The notes below the pieces were generated by a model. It was given only the letters and a program-made list of their open reading frames with translations. It was not told the DNA's origin and ran no database searches. A stretch of 64,000 bases of DNA from a virus (taxonomy: Duplodnaviria; Caudoviricetes), in IMG/VR virus record IMGVR_UViG_3300032030_000057, positions 15,509 to 79,508 of that record. The stretch is one strand, 5' to 3'. This document shows positions 1 through 7,046 of this stretch, in pieces (within the stretch, counting starts at the first letter, position 1; each line of letters opens with the position of its first letter). A program made the translations under genes and the position numbers.

Positions 1-151
1 AGAAGCTCTACCTCCTCCTCAGTACCAGAACACTCGTTGCGTTTGTTGGCAGAGATGATACCATCCACCCAACTACCCAAGCCGAACATGTTGGCAATAG
101 GCCTTAGTCGGCTCAGGTAGTCGCGGCAGACTGACTGTAGCTTCTCGTTCC

Positions 152-355
152 TCATCTTGTGTGGATGATTTTCTCGAACTCATGTCTCAGTGCGCCGTCG
201 TCCATGTAGTTGTCAACAAACAGCGCGTCGCAGAGAACGCGCTTAAGGTCCCACTTGGGGAGGGTCTTCAGATAGGAGGAGACGATAACGTTCTTCTCCT
301 CAATGGACATCTCATTCCAGATGATGTCAAAATTCTCATAATTTTCCATAATCAA
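152..355 (-). CDS. Hypothetical protein (67 aa)
   Basis: ORF in the leftward operon, co-oriented with neighbours. Confidence 0.7.
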   Translation of the reverse strand: MIMENYENFDIIWNEMSIEEKNVIVSSYLKTLPKWDLKRVLCDALFVDNYMDDGALRHEFEKIIHTR

Positions 356-427
356 AAATTGTTTTCGTGAATAATATCGTTACAAGTCTCGAATCCGTAC
401 TCGGTAATCAGACGCCCCTTCCACACA

Positions 428-817
428 TCAAAAGGGGAGATTGTCTGGGTTATCATCATCAGACTGTTCTCCTTCGGGAGCAGGAACTGGATTCTGTGCC
501 CGTGAGGCATCATTATTCGGTTGTGCATGCTGCTGAGCGCCCTGCTCAAGGCATACGGCCTTCCATGCGGAGAGTTCGGTAAAGTACTTTCCCTGCCACT
601 CGCGGGACTCGACATCGAAGGATACGTTATACTTCATACCGACCTTGATAGCCATCTTCTCCCATCTGTCCTTGCCCATAACGGAGAAACAGACTGCCTT
701 GGAAAACTCTCCTTCTGTCTCGCCTACGAACGAGTGTTTCTCCCATGCGTTACCTGTTTTCTGAGACACTCCTGATAAGGAGTCCAGAATCTTGATTACT
801 TTGATTGTAATTTCCAT
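428..817 (-). CDS. DUF3127-family putative ssDNA-binding (OB-fold) protein
   Basis: SGVSQKTGNAWEK...SFDVESREWQGKYFTELSAWK pattern and acidic tail ending DDDNPDNLPF. Confidence 0.85.
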   Translation of the reverse strand: MEITIKVIKILDSLSGVSQKTGNAWEKHSFVGETEGEFSKAVCFSVMGKDRWEKMAIKVGMKYNVSFDVESREWQGKYFTELSAWKAVCLEQGAQQHAQPNNDASRAQNPVPAPEGEQSDDDNPDNLPF

Positions 818-848
818 AATCGTGTTGTTGTTTTTTAATTGTTATTTA

Positions 849-1430
849 CTAATATTTCTTTCCGTGGAGCTTCACGCGGCTGGCATTGTAGTCCATCTTC
901 TTCTCTATATGCCAGAGGAGGTCGATATTATGGAACTCCGCAAAGGCAAAGCAGAAGGAAAGTACCACACTGATGTTGTCTGGGATGACGACGCCACGAT
1001 TCAGGATTCGCGTGACCGCAACGGACATATAGAAGCACTGCTCGCATAAGGTCTTCTTCCCATGGGCATCCATGAACAGGTCGTATGACCCAACAACTGC
1101 GGGATAGTAGCCTATCGTTCCGCAGAAATCGAACAGGCGGATGACAACGTCGGCAAGCTCATCAGAAGTACTGTCTTTGATATATTCCTCGAAATACATA
1201 TTGAACCGTACATCCTCGTCTAATGTACTAGAACACTTCTCATACTCCATCATAAACTTCTTCTTGTCGGCATACCTTCTCTTTCGGTCTGCCTCTACCA
1301 TCTCGCCAATCTCGGACAGAACAAGCATCAGGAAATGCTCCGCACTCTTGTCCTCGTCATGGAAACCGTGCTCGCAGGCAATACGGTATGCACGGTCTGT
1401 TAACTCCTTTGTCTTTTCCTTTGTAATCAT
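849..1430 (-). CDS. MazG-like nucleotide pyrophosphohydrolase
   Basis: LMLVLSEIGEMVEADRK...DELADVVIRLFD and IEKKMDYNASRVKLHGKKY motifs. Confidence 0.85.
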   Translation of the reverse strand: MITKEKTKELTDRAYRIACEHGFHDEDKSAEHFLMLVLSEIGEMVEADRKRRYADKKKFMMEYEKCSSTLDEDVRFNMYFEEYIKDSTSDELADVVIRLFDFCGTIGYYPAVVGSYDLFMDAHGKKTLCEQCFYMSVAVTRILNRGVVIPDNISVVLSFCFAFAEFHNIDLLWHIEKKMDYNASRVKLHGKKY

Positions 1431-1432
1431 AA

Positions 1433-1675
1433 CTATTTGCTTGTTTGTAATTCCTGTTTCTTGTACTTTTCCAATGTTTCCTTCGCCTGATATATCGCTA
1501 TCGCCTGCATGCCCTTGTCACCCTTCCACACCGCCTTCGCCATGTCTACCATAGCGTCATACAGATGGTCAGCGCAGTACGGATAGCTCGGTATGTCTGG
1601 GTCGACAACTGGGAAATAAGCCACCGCCTGCTTTCCGCATACACAGCACTTGTCGTCCTTTGCTTCCATGCTCAT
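1433..1675 (-). CDS. Small Cys-containing hypothetical protein
   Basis: CCVC...YCADH; stop/start coupled to neighbours. Confidence 0.7.
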   Translation of the reverse strand: MSMEAKDDKCCVCGKQAVAYFPVVDPDIPSYPYCADHLYDAMVDMAKAVWKGDKGMQAIAIYQAKETLEKYKKQELQTSK

Positions 1676-1983
1676 CAGTCGCTTGAGTCAATACCGTACC
1701 AGAAACCGAGCTCAGGGCAGTTGTACTCATGGATACAGCGACCACGCTGGTAGTCCTTCTCAGTCCACCCGCTGCCCTTAAACTGCTCACAGTAAGATTT
1801 ATAAACCCACTCAAGCAGGTCTGTGCACAGGAACTTCCTGAAACCAGTACAAGAACCCCACCGACGGTAGAAGTCGATACCGTTCAAATCACCGATGTCG
1901 CCTATCGGGGCCAACCTGCGCAAGTCACTAAGCCCAAAAATGCTCACCTTGCGGTACAAATCCATTAACTGATTGTCTGACAT
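1675..1983 (-). CDS. Hypothetical protein, first gene of leftward operon
   Basis: ORF directly downstream of the promoter at 2012-2019. Confidence 0.7.
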   Translation of the reverse strand: MSDNQLMDLYRKVSIFGLSDLRRLAPIGDIGDLNGIDFYRRWGSCTGFRKFLCTDLLEWVYKSYCEQFKGSGWTEKDYQRGRCIHEYNCPELGFWYGIDSSD

Positions 1984-2011
1984 AATGTAATTGTTTTCGT
2001 GAATTCGGCTG

Positions 2012-2019
2012 CAAATCTA
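2012..2019 (-). promoter_or_regulatory. Bacteroidota -7 promoter element (TAGATTTG) for the leftward operon
   Basis: Matches TAnnTTTG, 28 nt upstream of ATG 1983. Confidence 0.7.
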
Positions 2020-2097
2020 AGCAAAATCTATTATAATCCGTATAAAACGAAAGCAATTTTAACTTCTCACGCGCAAAATTAACATCCTTTTATAAAT

Positions 2098-2181
2098 AGT
2101 ATACTTATTACGTAATATGTATTCTTTACCATAAGAGTATACCAGTAATAATAGTATTCTTATTAATAAGTATACTCATTA
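2098..2181. repeat. Iteron-like 13-mer direct repeats AGTATWCTYATTA
   Basis: AGTATACTTATTA 2098, AGTATTCTTATTA 2153, AGTATACTCATTA 2169, weaker copy at 2136. Confidence 0.6.
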
Positions 2182-2261
2182 CACGCGCGTGCGTACGCGT
2201 ATAGAACCAAAAATTCAAATACTATGACTGGGAATTATACCGCAAAATCACCAAATTGGCC

Positions 2262-2352
2262 GTTTTTAAGGCCGTAGGACGCGTTTTATGCCTCAGGTGG
2301 ATAACTATAAGGCCCAAACAAAAATAAATGCTCTACGGGCTCTAAAATGCGT
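2262..2352 (+). repeat. Imperfect long hairpin element A with central GGTGGATAACTATA
   Basis: Arms ttttaaggccgtagg / ctctacgggctctaaaa; homologous to inverted element B at 36241-36330. Confidence 0.6.
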
Positions 2353-2619
2353 TTTTTTTAAAATCGAAAATTTAAAAATTTAAAAATCAAAAATTTGAGT
2401 GTAGGCACCATGCTCTTTGGCGTCGCGCACACCTCCCCCTCCCCTTATATGTTTTTGTGTTTTTGATAGGCTCAAAATATGTCTTTTTTCGCTCGTTTAT
2501 ATGAACGTTTGAGAAAGTAAAAATACGTTTTTTCGCTTTCCTTCGCTGATAGTGAAAAACGCGAAGACATAAACCAAACCACCAAACGACAAAAACGGGC
2601 TCAAAAGATTGCATTTGCA

Positions 2620-2900
2620 TTTTGCCAAATTTGCCAATATTATATTATTTCATTCTTTATCTTATTTATATCTTATTTTTTAGTATTTATTTTATCCTGA
2701 ATATTATATTAATTTTCTTTTATTCTTTTATTATCTCTATACTGATAATATTATATTTATTCTATCCTATAATATTAACAACCTATATATTATAACAATC
2801 ATAAAAAAAATAACAAAACAATATATACATATAGTATATAAAAAGAAAAGTATATAAAAGAAAAAGAATTGTATAAAAACCTTCAATAATTAATTATATA
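2620..2900. other. Extremely AT-rich low-complexity non-coding block (possible unwinding element or packaging/terminus region)
   Basis: Runs of TTTATT then ATATA/AAAAG; no credible ORF. Confidence 0.55.
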
Positions 2901-3004
2901 TAATAATGTACACGTATAATTTTTGCCTATTTTGTAGAATATTCTTTAAAAATCGATAAAATACGGCATTTAGTCTATATTTTGAGCCCAAACGTATATT
3001 TTGT

Positions 3005-3035
3005 TTTGTAGTATTTAAATTTCGTCGTAACTTTG
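3005..3035 (+). promoter_or_regulatory. Bacteroidota -33/-7 promoter for the rightward early transcript
   Basis: TTTG 3005-3008, 19-nt spacer, TAACTTTG 3028-3035. Confidence 0.8.
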
Positions 3036-3067
3036 CACCAGAAAAATTAAAAAATAGTATTAACGAA

Positions 3068-3089
3068 ACAGACAGACAGACAGACAGAC
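3068..3089 (+). repeat. (ACAG)5 microsatellite
   Basis: acagacagacagacagacagac. Confidence 0.9.
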
Positions 3090-3094
3090 TTTTT

Positions 3095-3425
3095 CCGACC
3101 TGCTGCGAAATGCAGCGAAAAGGCAGGGGTTTAAATAGGAATGAAAACCCAGCAACAGAAGCAAAAAGCAACTACCTACAGTGTGGACCACACCACCAGC
3201 AATGTCAAAGGCGTATTAACTTATCAAAATAGATAAGCGAGGCGAAAAGGCAGAAGGCAAGTAACACTAAATTCCACGGAATGCGGTGCGGAATACTGAA
3301 AAGCAAAAGCGGTTACACCCAGTAACTATGGGGATGCAAAGTAAGTTAACTAAAACCTTCGGGGAAAGACAAACGAAATACTTTGCAAGGTATTGCAAGG
3401 CAGCGAGATTATCTCAGCGAAGAAG
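3095..3425 (+). ncRNA. Candidate structured non-coding RNA / long 5' leader
   Basis: No credible ORF; serial hairpins with A-rich linkers downstream of a strong promoter. Confidence 0.45.
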
Positions 3426-3439
3426 GCAAAGAAATTTAA

Positions 3440-3455
3440 TGTTTCACATGAAACC
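3440..3455. promoter_or_regulatory. parS-like palindrome TGTTTCACATGAAACC
   Basis: 14/16 match to the widespread parS consensus TGTTTCACGTGAAACA. Confidence 0.65.
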
Positions 3456-3589
3456 AACCAAATAACAAAACTTTTGCGAAATGCAAATTATAAGTTTTGT
3501 TTTATTTGCGTTTTTAATACTTTTCCAAAGTTACGAAACGAAAATAATGATTTGAAACAAATCTTTGGCGGATTTCTGGAGGAGGCTGA

Positions 3590-3605
3590 TGTTTCATGTG
3601 AAACA
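3590..3605. promoter_or_regulatory. parS-like palindrome TGTTTCATGTGAAACA
   Basis: 15/16 match to parS consensus; inverted copy of the 3440 site. Confidence 0.7.
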
Positions 3606-3710
3606 TTCTTTTGGTAAGGTAGGCAAATAATCGGTGTACCTGTAGCGAAAACAGGCTACCTACAATTTTTATTAATAAAATTTAGTATTAATCTTTAAAA
3701 ACTTACAATT

Positions 3711-4109
3711 ATGAAGAATTTTGATTTTATTGAGAGTGCAAATGTAGTGTTGAAGAATGTAGGCGCAGACTTGCGCGGTGGTAACAAGGAATACACAAGC
3801 ATCAGCCGCGTATTGAAGGATATCCAGAGAAGGGATATGTTACGCGCTGGTTACGGCAAGGTATTCGAGGCATTAGGTTTGGAGGCTGGAGGCATTACGC
3901 CCGCAGATTTCTTTGCAGCTATACCAGAAGGAATGCACGGCACAGACAAGAAGGGCAACGACTTTGTCGGACTGTGGGGCTGGAAGGTGTTGGAGCGCGA
4001 CGCAAACGGCAAGGTGACAAAGCGCGAAGCCGTATTGCGCAAGGTTACGTCGTGGAGCCCGAACAAGTTGTTCAAGGTCTGGGCTCAAGCAAACGAGTTG
4101 AATAAGTAG
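3711..4109 (+). CDS. First early protein, unknown function (132 aa)
   Basis: AT-rich start context ending aattATG; strongly biased codon usage. Confidence 0.85.
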   Translation: MKNFDFIESANVVLKNVGADLRGGNKEYTSISRVLKDIQRRDMLRAGYGKVFEALGLEAGGITPADFFAAIPEGMHGTDKKGNDFVGLWGWKVLERDANGKVTKREAVLRKVTSWSPNKLFKVWAQANELNK

Positions 4110-4163
4110 TGTTGCAGCTCGACTATGCGAGGGTAAATAGGCGTTAGGCATAGTGCGTTATTA

Positions 4164-4201
4164 GGGCATGGTGTATCCTTTTGGGTGCATTATGCCCTTT
4201 T
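4164..4201 (+). terminator. Probable intrinsic terminator
   Basis: gggcatggtgtatcc-tttt-gggtgcattatgccc stem followed by TTTT. Confidence 0.55.
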
Positions 4202-4229
4202 AGGTCGTATTAATCTAAAAGCAGGAATT

Positions 4230-4424
4230 ATGACTAAAAAAGTAGATTTTAAATTGCGTTGTGCTTACATAGCACAAATGTACATCCTTTTAGCAGAGCG
4301 TGCGCTAATAGATGTAAAGTATTGTTACGCATTACAAGGACTTTTGTACGATGACGAAAAAGATTTGCAGCGGTACGACGTATTCGCAAGCAAAGCAAAA
4401 AAGTTCAACGAGTTAGCAAAATAG
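4230..4424 (+). CDS. Small early hypothetical protein (start revised to MTKKVDF)
   Basis: aattATG context at 4230. Confidence 0.65.
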   Translation: MTKKVDFKLRCAYIAQMYILLAERALIDVKYCYALQGLLYDDEKDLQRYDVFASKAKKFNELAK

Positions 4425-4435
4425 CATTATTGTAA

Positions 4436-4505
4436 GCAGGCGCAAAGCAGGTGCGTTCACTCTCACCATGCCCGCCCGCCAGCGTCATATAGTATTAACT
4501 TTAAA
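4436..4505 (+). repeat. Early-region hairpin repeat copy H1
   Basis: cgTTCACTCtcaccatGCCCGCCCGCC then AGTATTAACTTTAAAC. Confidence 0.6.
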
Positions 4506-4516
4506 CAATTGTAGAG

Positions 4517-4669
4517 ATGAGAGCAAAAATCAGTTGGAAAATCGGCAACTGGGCCGTTTATGGTGTTGGTTGCGTATTGTTGGCTCAAGGATTGAGCGAG
4601 CGTTTTGCGAGAGAGTGTGTTAACGACCTCCGTTCGCGTGGTCAAGTAGTAACTATGACGGAAGAATAA
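4517..4669 (+). CDS. Small hypothetical protein (50 aa, below ORF-track cutoff)
   Basis: MRAKISWKIGNW...; follows H1, abuts 4672. Confidence 0.6.
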   Translation: MRAKISWKIGNWAVYGVGCVLLAQGLSERFARECVNDLRSRGQVVTMTEE

Positions 4670-4671
4670 TT

Positions 4672-4854
4672 ATGTTGTTCGAGATTATATTGTCGGTGTT
4701 AGTCGTCGCTAATGTTGGCTTTGTATTGTTGTACGATGCTTTGTCGTACGACTGCAAGGTGGATGCGTATTGCAAGGATGCGGATGCGTTTTGCAAGGAT
4801 GCGGATGACTTTTGCGACAAGTCTGGCAATATCAAATGGAGAGTTAGGATATGA
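4672..4854 (+). CDS. Small single-TM protein with CKDADxF repeats
   Basis: Hydrophobic N-terminus; 21-nt tandem repeat at ~4754-4820. Confidence 0.65.
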   Translation: MLFEIILSVLVVANVGFVLLYDALSYDCKVDAYCKDADAFCKDADDFCDKSGNIKWRVRI

Positions 4855-5018
4855 GAAACAATTTCGAGATTTTGGTATGCGTGCTCGTTGTCGTCGGCTC
4901 TTTGGCTACGATGGGCGGTTTGTGGTTCTGTGACCTTCGCGTGTTTGTCGCTGGTCTCATCGTTGGCGGCTTGTTGCCTATATTGTTGGCTGGTATTGTA
5001 TGCAATATGAAGTATTAA
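4851..5018 (+). CDS. Small two-TM membrane protein (55 aa)
   Basis: MRNNFEILVCVLVVVG...; ATGA overlap with upstream gene. Confidence 0.6.
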   Translation: MRNNFEILVCVLVVVGSLATMGGLWFCDLRVFVAGLIVGGLLPILLAGIVCNMKY

Positions 5019-5022
5019 TGTT

Positions 5023-5172
5023 ATGAAGAATTTTCGTTCTTTTGATGCGTTGATGGCTCAGCTTGACCGCATCTACAAGTTGTATCTGAAGGGATATGGG
5101 AGCTCTAAACTGATAGAGCGTGCGGATAACTTTATGTTCCGTCGCTTTGGTAACGTCGGATTAATGGTGTGA
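5023..5172 (+). CDS. Small hypothetical protein (49 aa)
   Basis: MKNFRSFDALMAQLDRIY...; tight packing. Confidence 0.6.
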   Translation: MKNFRSFDALMAQLDRIYKLYLKGYGSSKLIERADNFMFRRFGNVGLMV

Positions 5173-5176
5173 TATT

Positions 5177-5350
5177 ATGTTTGCAATGAAAGTTACTAAG
5201 CTTGTATTGTCTATGATTGACAACAAGCAGGTTGTTGTGCCTATTGTGTTTGCTTGTGCATTCATTCAGTTCTGCGAGCACGCACACATCCCTTGTTATG
5301 GTGGTGCGTTGAGCAGTGATTTTACTGAGCAGATTTTCTACACGGATTAA
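5177..5350 (+). CDS. Small hypothetical protein (57 aa)
   Basis: Fills gap between 5172 and 5363 on the coding strand. Confidence 0.5.
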   Translation: MFAMKVTKLVLSMIDNKQVVVPIVFACAFIQFCEHAHIPCYGGALSSDFTEQIFYTD

Positions 5351-5362
5351 GATGGCTGAAAT

Positions 5363-5767
5363 ATGAGACAAAAGATAAAAGTATATCAGGTGCAAGTTGT
5401 TCGCTTTGATAAAAAAGGAAACTTTATCCCTAAAGATTTGCGCAATCACAATGTTGTCTGTATAGGTACTGTAATAACACCAAAGGGCAAGCGTGCTTTT
5501 ACTGAGGAAACTATCTGGGATTTGTTCAACTGGACTTGCTGGGGTTGGGGTAAGCTAACAGGGAAAAGTTGGATATACGGCATACGCAACGGCATAAGAC
5601 GTGACGGATTTCGAATGTTTCCAACTACACGCGCACAAGGTTACTGCAATTCCGACATATTCTTCTTTATGGATGGAAAGTGGTATGCAGCAGCGCATTG
5701 TGGTTTTAAGTGCTTCGATAGCAAAGAGGATGCTATTGAGTTTTGTAAAGAAAATACACGCAACTAA
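5363..5767 (+). CDS. Early hypothetical protein
   Basis: 134-aa ORF in co-directional array. Confidence 0.8.
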   Translation: MRQKIKVYQVQVVRFDKKGNFIPKDLRNHNVVCIGTVITPKGKRAFTEETIWDLFNWTCWGWGKLTGKSWIYGIRNGIRRDGFRMFPTTRAQGYCNSDIFFFMDGKWYAAAHCGFKCFDSKEDAIEFCKENTRN

Positions 5768-5784
5768 AAGCAGGAAGACTGAAT

Positions 5785-6087
5785 ATGGAAAGAGTAAGAT
5801 GCGAAGAAATAGTGCTTGACTCGTATGCAGTTGGCACTACGGATATAATGGACTATGCGGATGCACATCCTAACGAATATTTCGACTATACGGATGTACG
5901 CAGCAACAAGACAAACTTTGGCAGGCTCATGGTCAGCGAGCACGAACCATCAAATGTGGAATTAGAGTGCGACAGACGTGGATTGACTGAGTGGCATGAA
6001 TTGTACAATGGTTGGCAGCGCACAAGCAACTGTCTTGGTGTGTGGGTGTGCAGGAAGAACGGAAGATACATTATTATAACAGATTAA
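5785..6087 (+). CDS. Early hypothetical protein
   Basis: 100-aa ORF in array. Confidence 0.8.
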   Translation: MERVRCEEIVLDSYAVGTTDIMDYADAHPNEYFDYTDVRSNKTNFGRLMVSEHEPSNVELECDRRGLTEWHELYNGWQRTSNCLGVWVCRKNGRYIIITD

Positions 6088-6099
6088 ATAGTTGAAGTT

Positions 6100-6357
6100 A
6101 TGAAAAAGAAGTTAGCAGAAACAATCGTTAAGCATTGGAACGAGTATTTCGCAGGTAGTACGGATGCGACGAAGACCAAAGCGGTGTTATATTGTGCACG
6201 CAAGGGTTATTATGATGTAGAGATTATCCCAGACGGAGATAAGAATGACGGTCTCGTATTCCACCATATTGAAGAACTGAACTCGGTATGTAAGTTTTTC
6301 AGAGTTAATTGCTATGTATCCGTTTGGAAAGGCAAGGCTATTGGTAATATGTTTTAA
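6100..6357 (+). CDS. Early hypothetical protein
   Basis: 85-aa ORF in array. Confidence 0.8.
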   Translation: MKKKLAETIVKHWNEYFAGSTDATKTKAVLYCARKGYYDVEIIPDGDKNDGLVFHHIEELNSVCKFFRVNCYVSVWKGKAIGNMF

Positions 6358-6390
6358 TAACAATATGTTGGACGAATTAAAGAAGATGTT

Positions 6391-6942
6391 ATGAACAAGC
6401 GAGAGTTGACAAAGATGTTCCCGTGGCTTACATCGGGAAAGTTGGACTACGAGTTGAAACAAGTCCGCAAGACCTACAAGACTGAGCGCGGATTCTTGAA
6501 CCACCTCAAGTTGGAGAATGACAAGAATGCTGACAAGTTCGGTATGCCAGACGTCAAGCGTATCTATATCGACATCACTTGGAAGAAGTCGCGTACATGG
6601 GGCAACTGTCCGCACGCAGAGTGGGAATGTTGGTTCAAGGACGGTTCGTACAGACACGGCAAGACAAGTGCAAGCGGCTGGGGCTATGACAAACACAGTA
6701 CAGTAGTCGCAAACGTGATGAATGCGGTTGCGAAGGGTATGGCGTGGCGAAAGCGTAACTCCCGCAAGGTCGCTCCGTATGGTCTGGAGCACGTCGGCAA
6801 GGGTAAGTCGAAGGAATGGCCACCATATTTCGAGGGCGGTATCGGCATCAGTTGCTATCCGCGTATCGTAGAATATCTCGGTGGTAAGATGGAGAGCCAT
6901 GCAGGGAAGGTTTGGGATGAGCACATCATCACGTTCAAGTAA
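6391..6942 (+). CDS. Early hypothetical protein
   Basis: 183-aa ORF; KTSASGWGYDKHST motif. Confidence 0.85.
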   Translation: MNKRELTKMFPWLTSGKLDYELKQVRKTYKTERGFLNHLKLENDKNADKFGMPDVKRIYIDITWKKSRTWGNCPHAEWECWFKDGSYRHGKTSASGWGYDKHSTVVANVMNAVAKGMAWRKRNSRKVAPYGLEHVGKGKSKEWPPYFEGGIGISCYPRIVEYLGGKMESHAGKVWDEHIITFK

Positions 6943-6950
6943 ACTCTATC

Positions 6951-7027
6951 GGGCAGGGTGGCGAATCACTATCGTCGCGCCCGCCTGCCGTCATCAGACA
7001 AACATCATTTAGTATTAACTTTTAAAC
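6951..7027 (+). repeat. Early-region hairpin repeat copy H2
   Basis: ggcagg-gtggcga[ATCACTA]tcgtcgc-gcccg-cctgcc, then gacaaacat and AGTATTAACTTTTAAAC. Confidence 0.7.
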
Positions 7028-7046
7028 AAACAAGGAGAAAAGAATT

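Noticed and set aside
2548-2555. Extra TCACTATC matches to the early repeat core (also near 21842, 40598, 40681)
   Set aside because: Short matches without the flanking stem or GCCCGCC element; expected by chance
2387-3617. ORFs 2387..2620, 2890..3171 and 3393..3617
   Set aside because: Low-complexity, atypical composition, overlapping regulatory and structured elements; treated as non-coding
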